A stretch of 64,000 nt of DNA from Nymphaea colorata. Taxonomy: Eukaryota. Where the stretch lies: contig NC_045138.2 in the NCBI RefSeq assembly GCF_008831285.2, positions 868,001-932,000 on the forward strand, written 5' to 3'. This document shows positions 1 through 13,823 of this stretch, piece after piece (position 1 is the first letter of the stretch; each line of letters begins with the position of its first letter). Under the pieces are notes generated by a model that was not told where the DNA came from, made no database searches, and saw only the letters and a list, made by a program, of their open reading frames with translations. The position numbers and the translations under genes were made by a program.

Positions 1-561
1 AGCAAATATCTCAGCTTGTTAGTGTTCTCGTTGCCAAACATGTCCTCAGGGATTGCTTGGTAATAATAACAATATCTTATTGTTCCACTTAATGATGATG
101 GATTCATTAAACACTTTTTATTGTTATTGTTATGGGGCTGATACATAACACATTAAAAAATGTTTCATGCCTCGTACTTTGAGCATATATGTAAAACAAT
201 AACATATTATTACTGTTACCAACAACCTACAAAAATTGCACCTACGAGATGTGCCTATACATTTGATCATGACTTCTTAGACTTGAAAATTCAATGTTTC
301 AATTGCAATGGCCCTTCTTGAAGAATGGTGAACATTGGTCCAATTCTTGGTCCAATAATTTCTACAGGGTTATCAGCTTCAAGAGTCATGGCTTAGGGCT
401 ATGGGTTTCCAAAAGTGCTGGACTTTTGAGGGTGGATCTGCCTCCCTTCTTTCTCATTGTAACTCTATGCGGTCCTGATTCTGACAAGGGCGGAAAATGA
501 CGTGCCATGCAAGGAGTTGGCAGACAGACTAAACTCACATTGATCGTCTCCTCGTCTCCGT

Positions 562-604
<43 letters not shown>

Positions 605-3600
605 TATTATTTTCCATTATTTTTAATTATCAAAGAAAACACTAAATTACTACTCTTTCCCACCATCCAAATAGCGCGTAATCTATACCGACAACGTTGT
701 TGGTACCTACAGGTTATGAACCTATGCCAGTCATAAAGACTGTTGGAATAGTTTGGTCTATCATTTGATACTTCCTCTACAAAATTTAGGTTATTTAAAA
801 AGAAAAAAAATATTAGTAAAAATAACAAGTAAATGGTTAAGCGAAAGTTCTTCTATATAAGATAGTTACCTGAACTTGATGTCAGGCATTTAATGAGAAA
901 ATAGATCTAAGTGAAAATTCTTAGGTTTCTCTCTCTTATCATAAAATAATCAAGACAAATGTAATTATCCATATCATAATCTAATTGCCACATTTATATA
1001 GAAAGGGAAACTCAGCTTGTTAGTGTTCACATTCTTGATGCGCACCGTATCCACAACAAATTAGAAGGCCGTACATGGGCTCCTATGAGGTTGAAATATT
1101 AAACTTTACTAAATATCTTAATATATTTGTCAACTGATTTTTAAAGAAGAGAAGCGAAGCAACGGAATACATACATGCAAGTGAATAGAGGTTCTCTATG
1201 AGAGGGGTTTCCCACCAATTTGATAGACGAAGGGCCAGATTCCCTTAGGGGCCGTTTGATGGCAATGGAATAGGCTAGAACAGACACGTGCGTTCCATTT
1301 ATTAAAATGTGCATCAAACAGGAAGCTCACTCGCTCGAGCTCGCCTCCCCTCTATGACATAAGAAACATGATGTTCGTTCTTAAAACTGTCAAACGATGG
1401 ACATGGAACAACATTGACAGCAAGGACATAACATCAGTGCAATAGCTTCTGCCGGTCTACACCTTCAACCGGTTAGGTCACCTCGTCCAATCTATTCTAT
1501 CAAAATGCATAGTACATGAATTTGTATATTTGATGAGAACAATGCGGTCCGCTGGTGGTCAGTATCTTGTCAATGACTTTGCATCGGAAGTATCTTATCA
1601 ATAACCGAGCAACTTATCATATTAGTCAGGGACAAAAACATGCACCACAACAATATGCATATGTTTTTTCTTTTTTTGGTACATAGGAGCGGTTTAGAAC
1701 CACATTAACTAACTATAGCACGAGGTCGAGCTACACCATTCAGATCATCTTCAATCAATCGATGCAAATGACCAGGTGGATTGGAAAGAATGGTCACTCC
1801 AAAAGATCCTTGAAAATCCCATGAGGCAAGAAAATCGGCACACATATTAGCTTCTTTGAATGTATGATATAAGACACCCCCCCCTTCCTTGTCTCTAGGA
1901 TCTAGGGCTCCGTTGGTATCGTGGTTGGAACATGTGCTGTGCGTTAACTACTATATTCCTGTTCTGTCCTAAGGTACAACCATCAAACCCTATGGTACAG
2001 GTTTGCGTTATGTGTCTCGGAGTGCCAGTACATTCGCCGTACTTCAACTTTCATGTTAGTGGGCCTCTTTTTTTACGACACAAAAAGTTGATGCGCAAGG
2101 ATTTAAAATAAAAACCAACTACCTACCAGCTTCCACCCTATGTGCCATTGTGCCATAAGGGTGTGAGGGTGTGCTCTTATTGTTTGCCCATTGTAGGCCA
2201 ACAACCAATGTAAATTAATCAAGTCTCCCCTCTATGACAAGTAGAGAGCAAGTTCAACATTCTATTGGTTGTCATTACAAAGGCAATAATCTAGGAAGAA
2301 AAAATCAATGACAATAATTTAAGAAGAAATTACAAAACAAGCTAACTAAAAGGCTAAAAAATAGGTAATGAAAATTTGAGAGAAAAATTGTGATGCTTTT
2401 TATTTAATTTTCCCAAACATTAGGTACTTATATAAATCTTGTCGACTCTTTAAAAAATGCATTTTAAAAATTGAGTGCATATCATTAAAATTTTAAAAGT
2501 TGAGAAATGATTTATCATCACAAGGCACTTTTTTTTTTGCAATTTTTTGGCAATCTAAAGCATTTTAAAATGATGAAATTTGTTGAAAGCCGTCCACCCT
2601 TGTGGATTACCGGCGAGCAATGGTCTGATTTTTAGACCTTTTCTATACTATGGTCTAATCATTGTGCCAATGGTGAGACGGATACATGGGAAGAATTAAA
2701 ATATCTCAATGGATAATTGTTGATGAATCAACAAAAGAGGATGTTGGTGGTGCCGGACGCCGGCGTACGTCTTCCCCTCAAACATATAATGAGTTTTTTT
2801 CCCAGTTTCTCGTCACTTCCACACTTCAAAGCTAAGCCACTCTTTTATTTTACTGCCACACCGGACTCTTTTATTTTACTGCCACACCTGAGTCAGCATC
2901 GAATCAGGTTCTTTTTCTGTTTTTTTTTCTTTACACGGTATTTTTGGATTTTTTTTTCAGGTTTTCTTGATGCAAGTCCTAATTTTGTTGATAATTACCA
3001 ATTGAAGAGGACTTCCTTTCAACCCTGTCATGAGAGGTAATAGTTAAAAGCATTTGTTTTTAAAGTAGGTCATCGGGAATCATATTTTTGTTTTCTTTTT
3101 TTTTTTCCTGTTCAAGCCGCATATTTTTTTTTAGTATTAATTTCGTAAGAACTGTCTTTGGCGTAAAACTTCCAGAGCCTCCAAAGTTATGGTTGTTTTG
3201 GGGATGGGGTAGACATACAATATACTGATCAACTCATCAAGTATCACATTTTTCACCATTTGCAGGTTAGAGTAATATTGTCTGGACCATTTGAACCTCG
3301 AATTCTTTTGGAAGTGATCCGTGTTATCACGTGATGGTGTTACACCCCTTAAGGCCTATACATGCCTCATGTTTGTTAGGAACATATAAAATTTAGGCTT
3401 TGCAATATTATGTTTGATTTTTTTTTTTTCACACAACTTCAAAAAAATACTGTAACTTTCAACTTAAATGATCACACTTAACAAGCCCTCTATTATCCTT
3501 GAGAGGCTTGACGCAGTGGATGGGGCATGGACTGCTAGATGATCATTCTTCTTTTCAAACATTTGGGACATAAACTGTCGGACATAAACTGTCTATGTTG

Positions 3601-4798
3601 CAATAAGACACCTATATGTAATTTGAAGCATAAGTGCTCTACATCAAGGCACTGGAACCAGATCTACAATTTTTGGGGATGCAGGAGAAGGATAGATGAT
3701 GGTAGGATGACTTATTCCCCCTGTTCATTCAAAACTAACTCTATATTTAGAGCAATATCAATAGTATGAAGTAGATCCGCCGTTTGAAAGCCCGATGCGG
3801 CATACATAATTTCCTCCAAGCATCTAGGAAAAAAGTTTTTTTGCGCATACGTTTGTGTTTTATCTATTTATTTATCTATTTTTTTGGAGGGGAGGCACGG
3901 TAGGGGGTGGGGATGGGTGTTGTCTTGCCGCTTAAGTTCAATCCGACGGCCTGCCAAATTCACTCCACTTTACAATATAAAGGCTATGTCCTTGTCATTT
4001 TAGAGTCTCCTTCCAAAAAATTGGAAATATGAAGCCCATACTTCCAGTCTTTAAGAGATCAATTTTTCTATTATTATTACTATGTTTTATCTAATTGAGG
4101 GACTTGGTTGTTGACGTGTAAAACCCCACGCAAAAATGCATGTTTGACACATTTGGTTGTTAATATGCAAACTTCAAGCGCAATGAATAGACAATTTTAA
4201 GGGCTTAGCATAATACATAGTTTTTTTTTTTTAATTTTTTTTTAAAGGGTGAGTGGTTCATTACACCGCTCTTAAAAGAGGCCATTGACCCTCCTGTGCC
4301 CACCCCTTAGGTTTTAGAGAATATGCTTCGTGCCCTTTTACAGGCTAGAGGTTAGAGTGCACTGTGACTAGAGGTTAGAGTGCACTGTGACGTGACAATG
4401 ACCACTTAAAGACTCGAACCTGAGACTTTAGAAAAAACCGGACCACCTTACCTTCCAGTACGCTACTACCCCTCGTTAGCATATTCAATTCCTATACATG
4501 TTATTTTATTTCAGTAGACTCTACTGCAAACCATGAATTGACAACAGTATACCGAGGTCTTAATTTGGCCCTAGACTCCAACAATTGTCTTCTTCATTTT
4601 CTCGAGCGGACCACAAATTGGTGAGTCCATAGATTTGAATTTATGGATGGAGGTACAGTTCAGGTTGTTCAAAGACTTGACCAAAGATAGGATGACAAAA
4701 AACGGTTCAATTCTTTGATAATTTTCATGGTAAAGCAATATGCCATGTGGATTCAAAAGAAAATTATCTCAACTTCATTGATTCGGACAAAGGACAGT

Positions 4799-5043
<245 letters not shown>

Positions 5044-5582
5044 GATTACAAAGGTTGCATATATAACATTCTAGTTAATCGTACTGCTTTAGACCTGGGT
5101 CACCAAAGAGTCCTTAACACCCGGGAACAGGACAAAAGAAAGAAAGAAGGGCTTAGTCGGGTATCTTCCTTATAGGGATGGATTAATTAACAAAAGTGGT
5201 ATAGAAAACAACAACTAATTGCTGTGAAAAAAGTTATGCCATTCTAACTACAGAGATCATAATGGGCTCGGCCGAGTTTCTGGGTGGTCCAACGGAGTCG
5301 AGAATTCGCTGCATGCCGCATGTCCTGTGCAGGGAAAATTCCGGCATTGACTGTTGGTTCTGCCGCTGCTCACACAAGTGCTGCAGGCAAGATCATCTGA
5401 TTCACGGAGAAAATGAAAAGCGAGACAGAGACAATGATATTTGTGCACAGAAGGATCTTTCAAAAAGAGAGAGAGAGAGGAAACATTCACTTTATTGATC
5501 ACGTATAGTATCGTTTTATTTAAATGAGAACATGCTTAGATGTGGTACATGTCTCTAATAGCATGTGAGTGATGGCCAATGT

Positions 5583-6698
5583 CTAGCAGTCGATGTTCTG
5601 GCCTGGGTCTACGCCGAATTGCCCGCAGAACCGCTGGTAGAAACCGACCCTGGACTGTACTGCTCCTGAATTTCCTCCGCCGCACTCACCACTGTTAATG
5701 GCTCTGATGGTGGAGCCAAAGCCGCCGTCTGTGGTGATCCCTTGGTGGCAGTTGCTGTTGGACATCCAGAACCACACCGCTGTCTTGAAAGATATGCTGG
5801 GATCCTGGGCCACGATCTCTGGGTTGTTCAAGCCGTCAAAGACGATGGCCTGGCCAGCTGCACCATAATTGTAGTTCCTATGTGTGTATACATATCCATG
5901 TCCCAAAGTAAGAATGATGGGCAAACTAGGCAGCATGCATAACATTTGTCTTTAGTTCATTTCTAGAGGGAGAGAGAGATTGAGTTGCCGACAAAATAGA
6001 AAACAGAGATTGATTCTCTTAACTGGATCTAATGGAAATTGTTAAAAGTAGGATGGAAAAATAGGAATCACAGAGTTTTTTTTTTAAAAAGAAAAAACAC
6101 CAATGGTGAGGCAAAAAACATGCTGTTTTCTCTTTAAATGCTAGAGTAGTCAACATGTAAACGACAGTTACCATGATAGCTGCAGTGGTCCTCTGCCAAA
6201 GTAACTTTTTCCTGCAGCACAAGGATATTGCTGGTTGCTTTGATCACAGTAGTTGCTGCCAGGGTTTTGTTCATTTATGTAGCAGAAGCCTACAGTTTGT
6301 ACATATTGTTAAAACAAACATAGTATTGAATAATTCAAAATGCAAAGAGAAGTACTATATTAGAAACAGCATCTGTATGCATGGAAGTAGTTATTGCCAC
6401 AAAACAGAAATCTAATGGACGACATACTTCCTGTTTCATGCATGACATTAGCAAGGAAAGCAGCTAACTCCCTCTTTTGAACGTCGGTGCCACCGGTGGT
6501 GCCAAAGCCGTTGAAACTTTCTGCGGCGGATATGAAGGAATCATAGTTATAGAAGCCTTTTCCCTCACAACCATCTTGAGGAAGGAGGGTATTGAAGAAA
6601 TCAGAAGTGACGATTGTCCTTGGAGTGTCCTGGGCCAAGCCCACTTCCAGGACAAGAGCTACAAGAACAAACCCAAGAAACTGTGTGTAGCTCTTCAT
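5583..6698 (-). CDS. G1: secreted GH19 chitinase, class IV-like catalytic domain without chitin-binding domain (227 aa), exon-2 subtype A
   Basis: Exons 6698-6428, 6289-6172, 5877-5583 with GT-AG introns join into one frame: signal peptide [24 protein letters not shown], then [26 protein letters not shown] (both catalytic Glu, 9 residues apart), [37 protein letters not shown], terminal Cys. TATAAATA at 6759-6752. Confidence 0.95.
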
Positions 6699-6751
6699 GA
6701 TTCTGATTATGATCACTTCTCCTGTTATACCAAGCTTGGTCCATTCTCTGG

Positions 6752-6759
6752 TATTTATA
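6752..6759 (-). promoter_or_regulatory. TATA box of G1 (equivalents at G2, G3, G5, G8, G9)
   Basis: TATAAAT(A/G) lies 54-56 nt upstream of the ATG in six paralogues. Confidence 0.75.
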
Positions 6760-9700
6760 GGCATCAAGTCATTGATCACACTAATGGAGTCTTTGGACTT
6801 ATTAATTAAAGGCGCAAAGTCGGTCCTCAGTATAGCTTTGAAGGATCCATATTCTTTCACCTTTAATTTCTACAGTGACCAGTCTTTTTCATTGGCTTCA
6901 GTCCTTATTAGGGTTCTCGTATTCTTTGGTTTTCTTACCGACCTTACACTTGTTAGCAAAAAATACCAAGACGTGATCTTTACTTCAATCATGTCCTAAT
7001 TGAAAATTTATGCCTTTTCATGCTGTTCTTTAATAGGAGGCTTTTGATAAGCTCAATATGAGGTTTCAAGTACTTCGGGCAATAGGAACGGGCTCGTTTG
7101 CAGTTATGGGCTTCAGCCTGGCCCAAGCCCGACTTCTGTCGGACCTATGCCCAGCCCTACTAACAATGCATGAAAGACGTGCTTTTCAATATTATTATTT
7201 TTTAAATAAAATTTTTTTTTTTTGTCCATACCACAAAAAAAAAAAAGGATCACTATCTTGTTCTTCATGTCAGCATAAATATATATTAACTAGATCTAAA
7301 TTAAATGCGATGGGAAAGGCAGGTCTTTGTGACCTTAGAGGGAAATTTTCATATTTCCTTTTTACAAAGGCAATTTTGTGAGGTGGAGCCTACATGTTCT
7401 ACTCAAGTTAAAGACTTAAAAAGGACACAACAGTGGATCCATGATTTTTGTTTTTTCTTTTGTGCGTGGGTGAGGAAGGGGAGGAGGAGAATGGTCTGAG
7501 GATTGATTGTCACTAGGGCTATTATTTTTTTTTCAAAATATTTTATAGGAGTTAAAAAGGAGATTTTAAAATGTTAACAGGTTGGGTGAGTAGAAAGAGT
7601 ATTTCATCCTACCGCTCAACAAACGAAAACATTCTACTCTTCCTATATTTACCCCAGAATACCAGACCTTCTTTTGGTACTTTAAGATGACACCTCTTAT
7701 GCTTCAATGACATATCAGTACATTCATTCGCAGTATAAGAAGTTGATGCTTTAAAAATTCGAAACAAAAACTAAGCACCTAACAACGTCACTATGTCCAT
7801 TAGGCAAAAAATTTTAATATATGAATGATAATTTTTGGAATCTCAGGGAGCCCAGTCAAGGCCCCTGACTCATGCTCAACCCTCTAAATAATGCTCAACC
7901 CTCTAAATAACACTTGTTTGTTTTGTCCACCTTCCTCAACCAACAAATGAAAGTCAGGCTGCCCTTATATGACTGGTAAGCAATTTCAGCATTCATTGTG
8001 ATTGAAACAGCAACCTAACGAAAAAATTTATAAAAAGCGCTAAAGGATTGGGCAAATAACAAACCACCACACAACTTCAAAAATACTAAAACATAGGTGC
8101 TGATAGCAAAAAAAAAAAACTGCTTATTAATTGAAAAAATCAATTTTTGATATAAAACGACAAAAGTACCTCCCATAAAAGAACCGATCATCCGTTGACC
8201 AATGAATGCTATTTTTTTTTTAATCTTGAAGAAGAGTATTTTTTTATTATTTCCTGCTAAATATTTAATTTTCATCAGTGGGGAACTTACTTCCTCCGAA
8301 AATTGTATGCATATCTTTTAACATTTAAAAGTTGAGTGGTGCTTTTGTTATTTAACTTCCTAAACAATATGAGGCATGCACCACTAGACATGATTTGTTC
8401 GAGTATTTATTTCAAAAATTGAGTTCATATCAGTTACATTTTAAAAACAATGAGAAGTGCTTTGTTACATACCTAAACATTAGCGCCTTTTTTTAACCTT
8501 TTAATAATCTAAAGCATTTTAGAAACCACATCGATGAACATAATCCACCTATTTCCCCATAAATTTGTGAGTCTATAGACTTTGTTGTAGATGGAGTTTC
8601 GTTCACGTTGCTCACTTTTTGACGACACAACAGCCGTCCATCCTTCTGGATGAACGGCGAGCGATGGTCGGATTATTGGACCATTTCTACGTGACATCGA
8701 TGTGCCGTGTGATATGGGAGGAAACTTTATTAACTTAAATGACTCCAAAGTCATTGTTGTCATTCTAACCTGTTCTGATTTTTTCCTTCCGTTTCAATCA
8801 CCTCCATATTTAAAAATTATTTGAGAACAGTCTCAGCCATTGATTTTAATGAAATTCAACGCTAGAGATTACATTGAAAATAATGAAATCTAATTGTTTC
8901 CAAGAGTCTGATATGCCCTTCAACAGAGGAAACAAATGAGTTTACTTAATTGAAATTTTTTGTCCTTTGAGGGATATTTCAGTCTCTTGAAAATACAAAT
9001 AGATTTACATTTTTTTTCCAACTTATCTTCACTGTGTGATCTTCTTAATTGATTTTTTTTCTCCTTTGAGAGGTAGCCCATTCTCTTGAAAATCCAATTA
9101 GGTTTTCATTTCTTCAACTTAATGTTCACCATATGATTTTTCTTAAAATTAATGACCTAGATAATTCTCATCAAATCTGATATATTAAGGTCTGGTATCT
9201 ACATGCTTTCCCTTATATATAGAGGCATTTGTTTTTTTTTTTCTTCCAACGGTATTATGGGGCTGCATTTTCTTGTTACAAGCGTTAATTTTGCTGATAA
9301 TTACCAATTGAGGAAGAGGCCTCTGTTCAATCATGCATGTCATGAGAGACAATCAATAAAAGTCTGTTTTTTAATAATTAACCTCATGCCTGTTGTTGTT
9401 GTTGTCCAAAGTGGGATTTGGATTTTAGGATTTCAAGTCCTTGATTTCTAATGAGGATAACTCAAAATTGCTTATGTTAAAGAATGCACAAGTTATGCTT
9501 AGCATAAATTTGTAAATATTTTATGTATCTTGAAATCTGTGGATCTCACGCCAGTTCACTTTCTCGTCCCTCCTTCGATTTGAGTTCCATGCATTGTTTG
9601 ACGCATAAAGAAGATTTTAAATCCAAATTTTACAGTTCATTATAACATGGATTTAAGGTGATATCCACAAGTTAAATTAACCAATCACAGTTCTAAGATT

Positions 9701-9810
9701 TGGGCTCGATAATCAAGTGTTCATTAAGTTAAAATTCTACATTTCATCTTTCTATACAAAAACAAATATAGAATAATAACAGCAAGCCCTGGTCGTTACC
9801 TTTTAGCTTT

Positions 9811-9841
<31 letters not shown>

Positions 9842-10480
9842 TATACAAGCCTGACATCTCATGAACACCTAGCCCTTCCATGCACACTCATATCAAACAA
9901 GCTGTTCCATTTGCATATCGTAACATGTAAAGTTAATTTAGACTTTTTACTATTATTTTTAAGTTGGAAGTTATTTCTTTCTATTCTTTCAGATCTGAGA
10001 AAGGATCACTACAATTTTTTTCCTGCTTAAATGATCTCTTAACTGTAGCTATATTTTGGGCAATATAAAGGGCGTATAGGTACTTGGTAATCACCTTCCA
10101 GCAATAGCTGACTGCGTGGGCCATTGCCAACGTTAGCCCTTGAAATCTTGCACTGTGATTAAGCTGGATTTAGGTTTAGTTAAGTTTAGCCGCATGTGGT
10201 GTCCACACCACACCTGAGTCAGTGCCCGACAATCACTTATTCTCCTAAGCGAGAGATCGGTTAGTTTCCTCCAATGAAAATTTTCTGGCTCCACCACTAC
10301 CTTCAAGGTTCCACTAAAAAAAATTCACAACACGAAGCCCATACCAGAATTTTTCCTTATATTTTTCTTTTCTGTTTTACTTAGAGAAACCCTCCCTAGC
10401 TGTGAGACTTGGTTGCTCGTCTGGTGGTGTAAAACCCTAGGGCCGTAGCATGCTTCCGCAAGAGCAAGGTGCTGGCACCG

Positions 10481-11356
10481 AACTACTACCAGCCGATGGG
10501 CTAACCAAGTCTCTAAGCTCTTTGGAGAGTCCTGAGGAGTGTAGCATCGCTGGTCAGAATCAGACAACTAAAAGTTTGGTTATCAATTCCATTCTCATGG
10601 GTGTTACTCTTTTGAATTATAAACGGTGAATGCATGAGATTTTGGTTGATGTGAATGCATGAAACTTTGATTGATGGGTGTACCCCTTTGTACCTGTACT
10701 TGAAGTAACAATAACCTCGACGGTAGGGGGAAAAGAGGAAGGGCTTGGGTCTGTTCCGGGTATCTCTAAGCTTTCTTGAAGCAAATTTTCCTTATTTATT
10801 TTTATAAAAAAAATTAATTTACTGAGAATTGTCGAACAATGTTGCTGAAACACCTGCATTCCTGTTACAACAGCATCAATCTTCCGAGTAGTGTGGCCTA
10901 TATGTTCCGATCACATGAGCTCAGCAACTACTACCAGCCGATGGGCTAACCAAGTCTCTAAGCTCTTCGGAGAGTCCTGAAGAGTGTAGCATGACTGGTC
11001 AGAATCAGACAGCTAAAAGTTTGGTTATCAATTCTATTCTTATGGGTGTTACTCTTTTGAATTATTAATGGTGAATGTATGAGATTTTGGTTGATGTGAA
11101 TGCATGTGAATTTGGTTGATGGGTGTACCCCTTTCTACCTGTAGTTGAAGTAGCCTTGACGTGGACGGTAGGGGGGAAAAGAGGAAGGACGTGGGTCTGT
11201 TCCGGGTATCTCTAAGCTTTCTTGAAGCAAATTTTCCTTATTTATTTTTATAAAAAAATTAATTTACTGAGAATTGTCGGACAATGTTGCTGAAACACCT
11301 GCATTCCTGTTACAACAGCATTAATCTTCCGAGTAGTGTGGCCTATATGTTCCGAT
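10481..11356. repeat. Tandem duplication of ~431 bp with 14-bp filler
   Basis: 10481-10911 repeats at 10926-11356 (aactactaccagccg...tatgttccgat). Confidence 0.88.
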
Positions 11357-13062
11357 GGCCGTCACCTCTTACAAACCACCATTCATGTAGTTGTGAGCGT
11401 ATAAACTTCAAATGTGACATATTAATGATCTAACGCATCTTTGAGAGCCATGATGCATATATCCGTGAAACATAATCCGACTAAGTCACCACAAATCTGC
11501 AAGTCCTTGGACTCAGAGTTCAGGCTGTCCAAAGTCTGGCTGCATTGTTTAATATATAATTGCACATTCTCCTTCACAGCAATGTCTGATTGAAGCTGGT
11601 TATATGCACAGCTTGGTGCAGAAAAAATTGTGCACAGAGAATGCAATGACTAGAATACCCTTGATCAGTAATTAATTTTTATGGACTGGAAATGACCAAA
11701 ACATCCTCATTGGTGATTGAGAAGGACAGAAATGAAAACTAAAAAAATTTTCTTTAAAAAAATACAAAGACCATCATTTTGTTTATTTTCATGAAAAATC
11801 TACGAGGACCAGGGGTTGGATGATAACGCGTTTTTGTTTTTGTTCATACTAATCAAACATCGAATGAAACACAACTTTTTCGAGCAAATATCTCATTATC
11901 GAACACCCCTGCAGAAAGATAAGCCTCCAACCATTTTATTAAGCAAAGTTTTAATCCAACATTATATAAACTTCAAGCACAGTGAATTTACAAAACCCAT
12001 GCAAAGGCATCTTAAGAGCCACATCCATGAACATGATCTTCCTAATTTAATCACAACTAAGATATAATTTTCAAATTTGTTGTGCATGTTAAAATAAAAT
12101 ATTTAAAGTTTACATGTAAATTTTAAATTTTCTAAAAATCTGAGGAGGTGGGCGCCGTGGCCCACGGCGGGCCCCTGCCTCCACTCCACCCCTATGTGCG
12201 GTTGAGGTTGTTCACAGTCTCGACATTATTTGTTGAGAGCCGTCCATCACCGCCAGCAATATGGTCCGATTCTTGCATTTCTAAAAGGAAATATATCAAC
12301 TTCAGTAATTAATTGACTCAGATGGTCATTGTTTAATGTATAATTTGTGCCTTTTTAGGCAAGAGCAAGCTCGTGGATTTGGAAGCAATCATCTCAACTT
12401 AATTGACTCGGATGGTCATTGTTTACTATATCATTGTGTGTTCTTACAATTGGCGTCACTGTGCAAATAGTTGTCGATGAAAAAATGAGGTTACAAGTTT
12501 TAGGTTTTCAAAGGAGGTGGATTTTTTTTGGGTCTTCTCCTAAAATCTCAATGTCTTTTCTTAACAGAAACATCATGAATTTGTTTGAGTATCATAAAAA
12601 GCCTTGTTGTCAGTTTGATTCTCATAGGTGTTATTTTTCTAAACAGCAAACGATGACTATTCGACACTCTAGTTGACAGAAGCATCACGGGTCCATTATA
12701 GCTACCAAATTACCGTCATATACTAGACTTAATAGAATCATTTGGGCTGTCAGTTGTAACGAAATTAGATGATGATGATTAATTAGTTGAAAAAATAGAA
12801 GTCTAGTAGATACAAATTGCTCTAATTTCAATTAAAAAGTGACCAAGTTTTCAAAATTTCAATATAAAAATGAAGCGATGGTTTTTCTGTATGTGATGAC
12901 TTGATCTTGATGTTGCATTTAGTGGGAAAAGAGAAACCTAGTCGTCTCATTGATGAGTTGTTGTATATACAGTAATTAAATGCTTAAGGTAGACCTAATC
13001 ATTTGTATTGCTTCACTAGTAAGTTATTGCAATCTAGCTATCATTAATTTATACAAAACATG

Positions 13063-13103
<41 letters not shown>

Positions 13104-13476
13104 GTGACTAAAAAAAAAAGCAAGGGGACACCAGCCTCCAGCCGTCCGATGTTTTTGATTGGACGGCCATGATCTCCATGTTTATTTTTTCAATAAGTTG
13201 CACTATGGAGGTTGAAGGAAGAGGTGGAAGAAAGATTCCTCCCTCCACCGCTGGACTTAGCGCAAAGCCCTTTACTAACGCCCCCTAATGGTCGGCAGTC
13301 GGGTGGTGCCCGCAAAGGCAGGGTGCTACCATCTGGCGGCCAGAGGGGAGGAATCCACCATCATGTGGGAAGAAAGAGGTAGGGGTACCATTCGTCCTCC
13401 TGCCGTTGGACAGAGGCATCCAAACCATGAGAGTTGATAGTGTCAACTCTATGTAAGTTGAAGCATATTGGGATCC

Positions 13477-13570
13477 CAAGGCACTAAAGATAAACCTGGT
13501 ACTCTAGCTTAATTGAAAAAGGGCAAGGCACTAAAGATAAACCTGGTACTCTAGCCTAATGAAAAAAGGG
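13477..13570. repeat. Tandem duplication ~47 bp x2
   Basis: caaggcactaaagataaacctggtactctagc.taat...aaaaaggg occurs twice. Confidence 0.8.
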
Positions 13571-13823
13571 TGGAAGCTTTGGCTTTCAGGCGAAAAGAAA
13601 AAATAATTACTGTTCCATCAAAGGCTTTCAGATCACATACGATCAAAAAGAGAAAAAAAATAAGGAGAGATTATGCAAGAAACTTCCCTTTATTGATCTC
13701 AATGACAACATTTTATTTATCTTATCTGGGTACATGCATAGATGCAGTAGAGGTATATATCCAATAGTACGGTGGATCAGGGGCAAGGCCTACATGCAGG
13801 GCAGGGCAGGGCGGTGGCAAGTT

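Noticed and set aside
6360..6860. N-terminally extended single-exon ORF calls (MKEYGS..., MIIIRIM..., 43950-44438)
   Set aside because: These use upstream or non-ATG starts that run through the TATA/leader region and read into introns. The conserved ATG begins the signal peptide.
6699..7400. Separate upstream exon encoding a hevein/chitin-binding domain
   Set aside because: The signal peptide and catalytic domain are contiguous in exon 1, and I saw no CCSxxGxCG-type motif in the ORF track.
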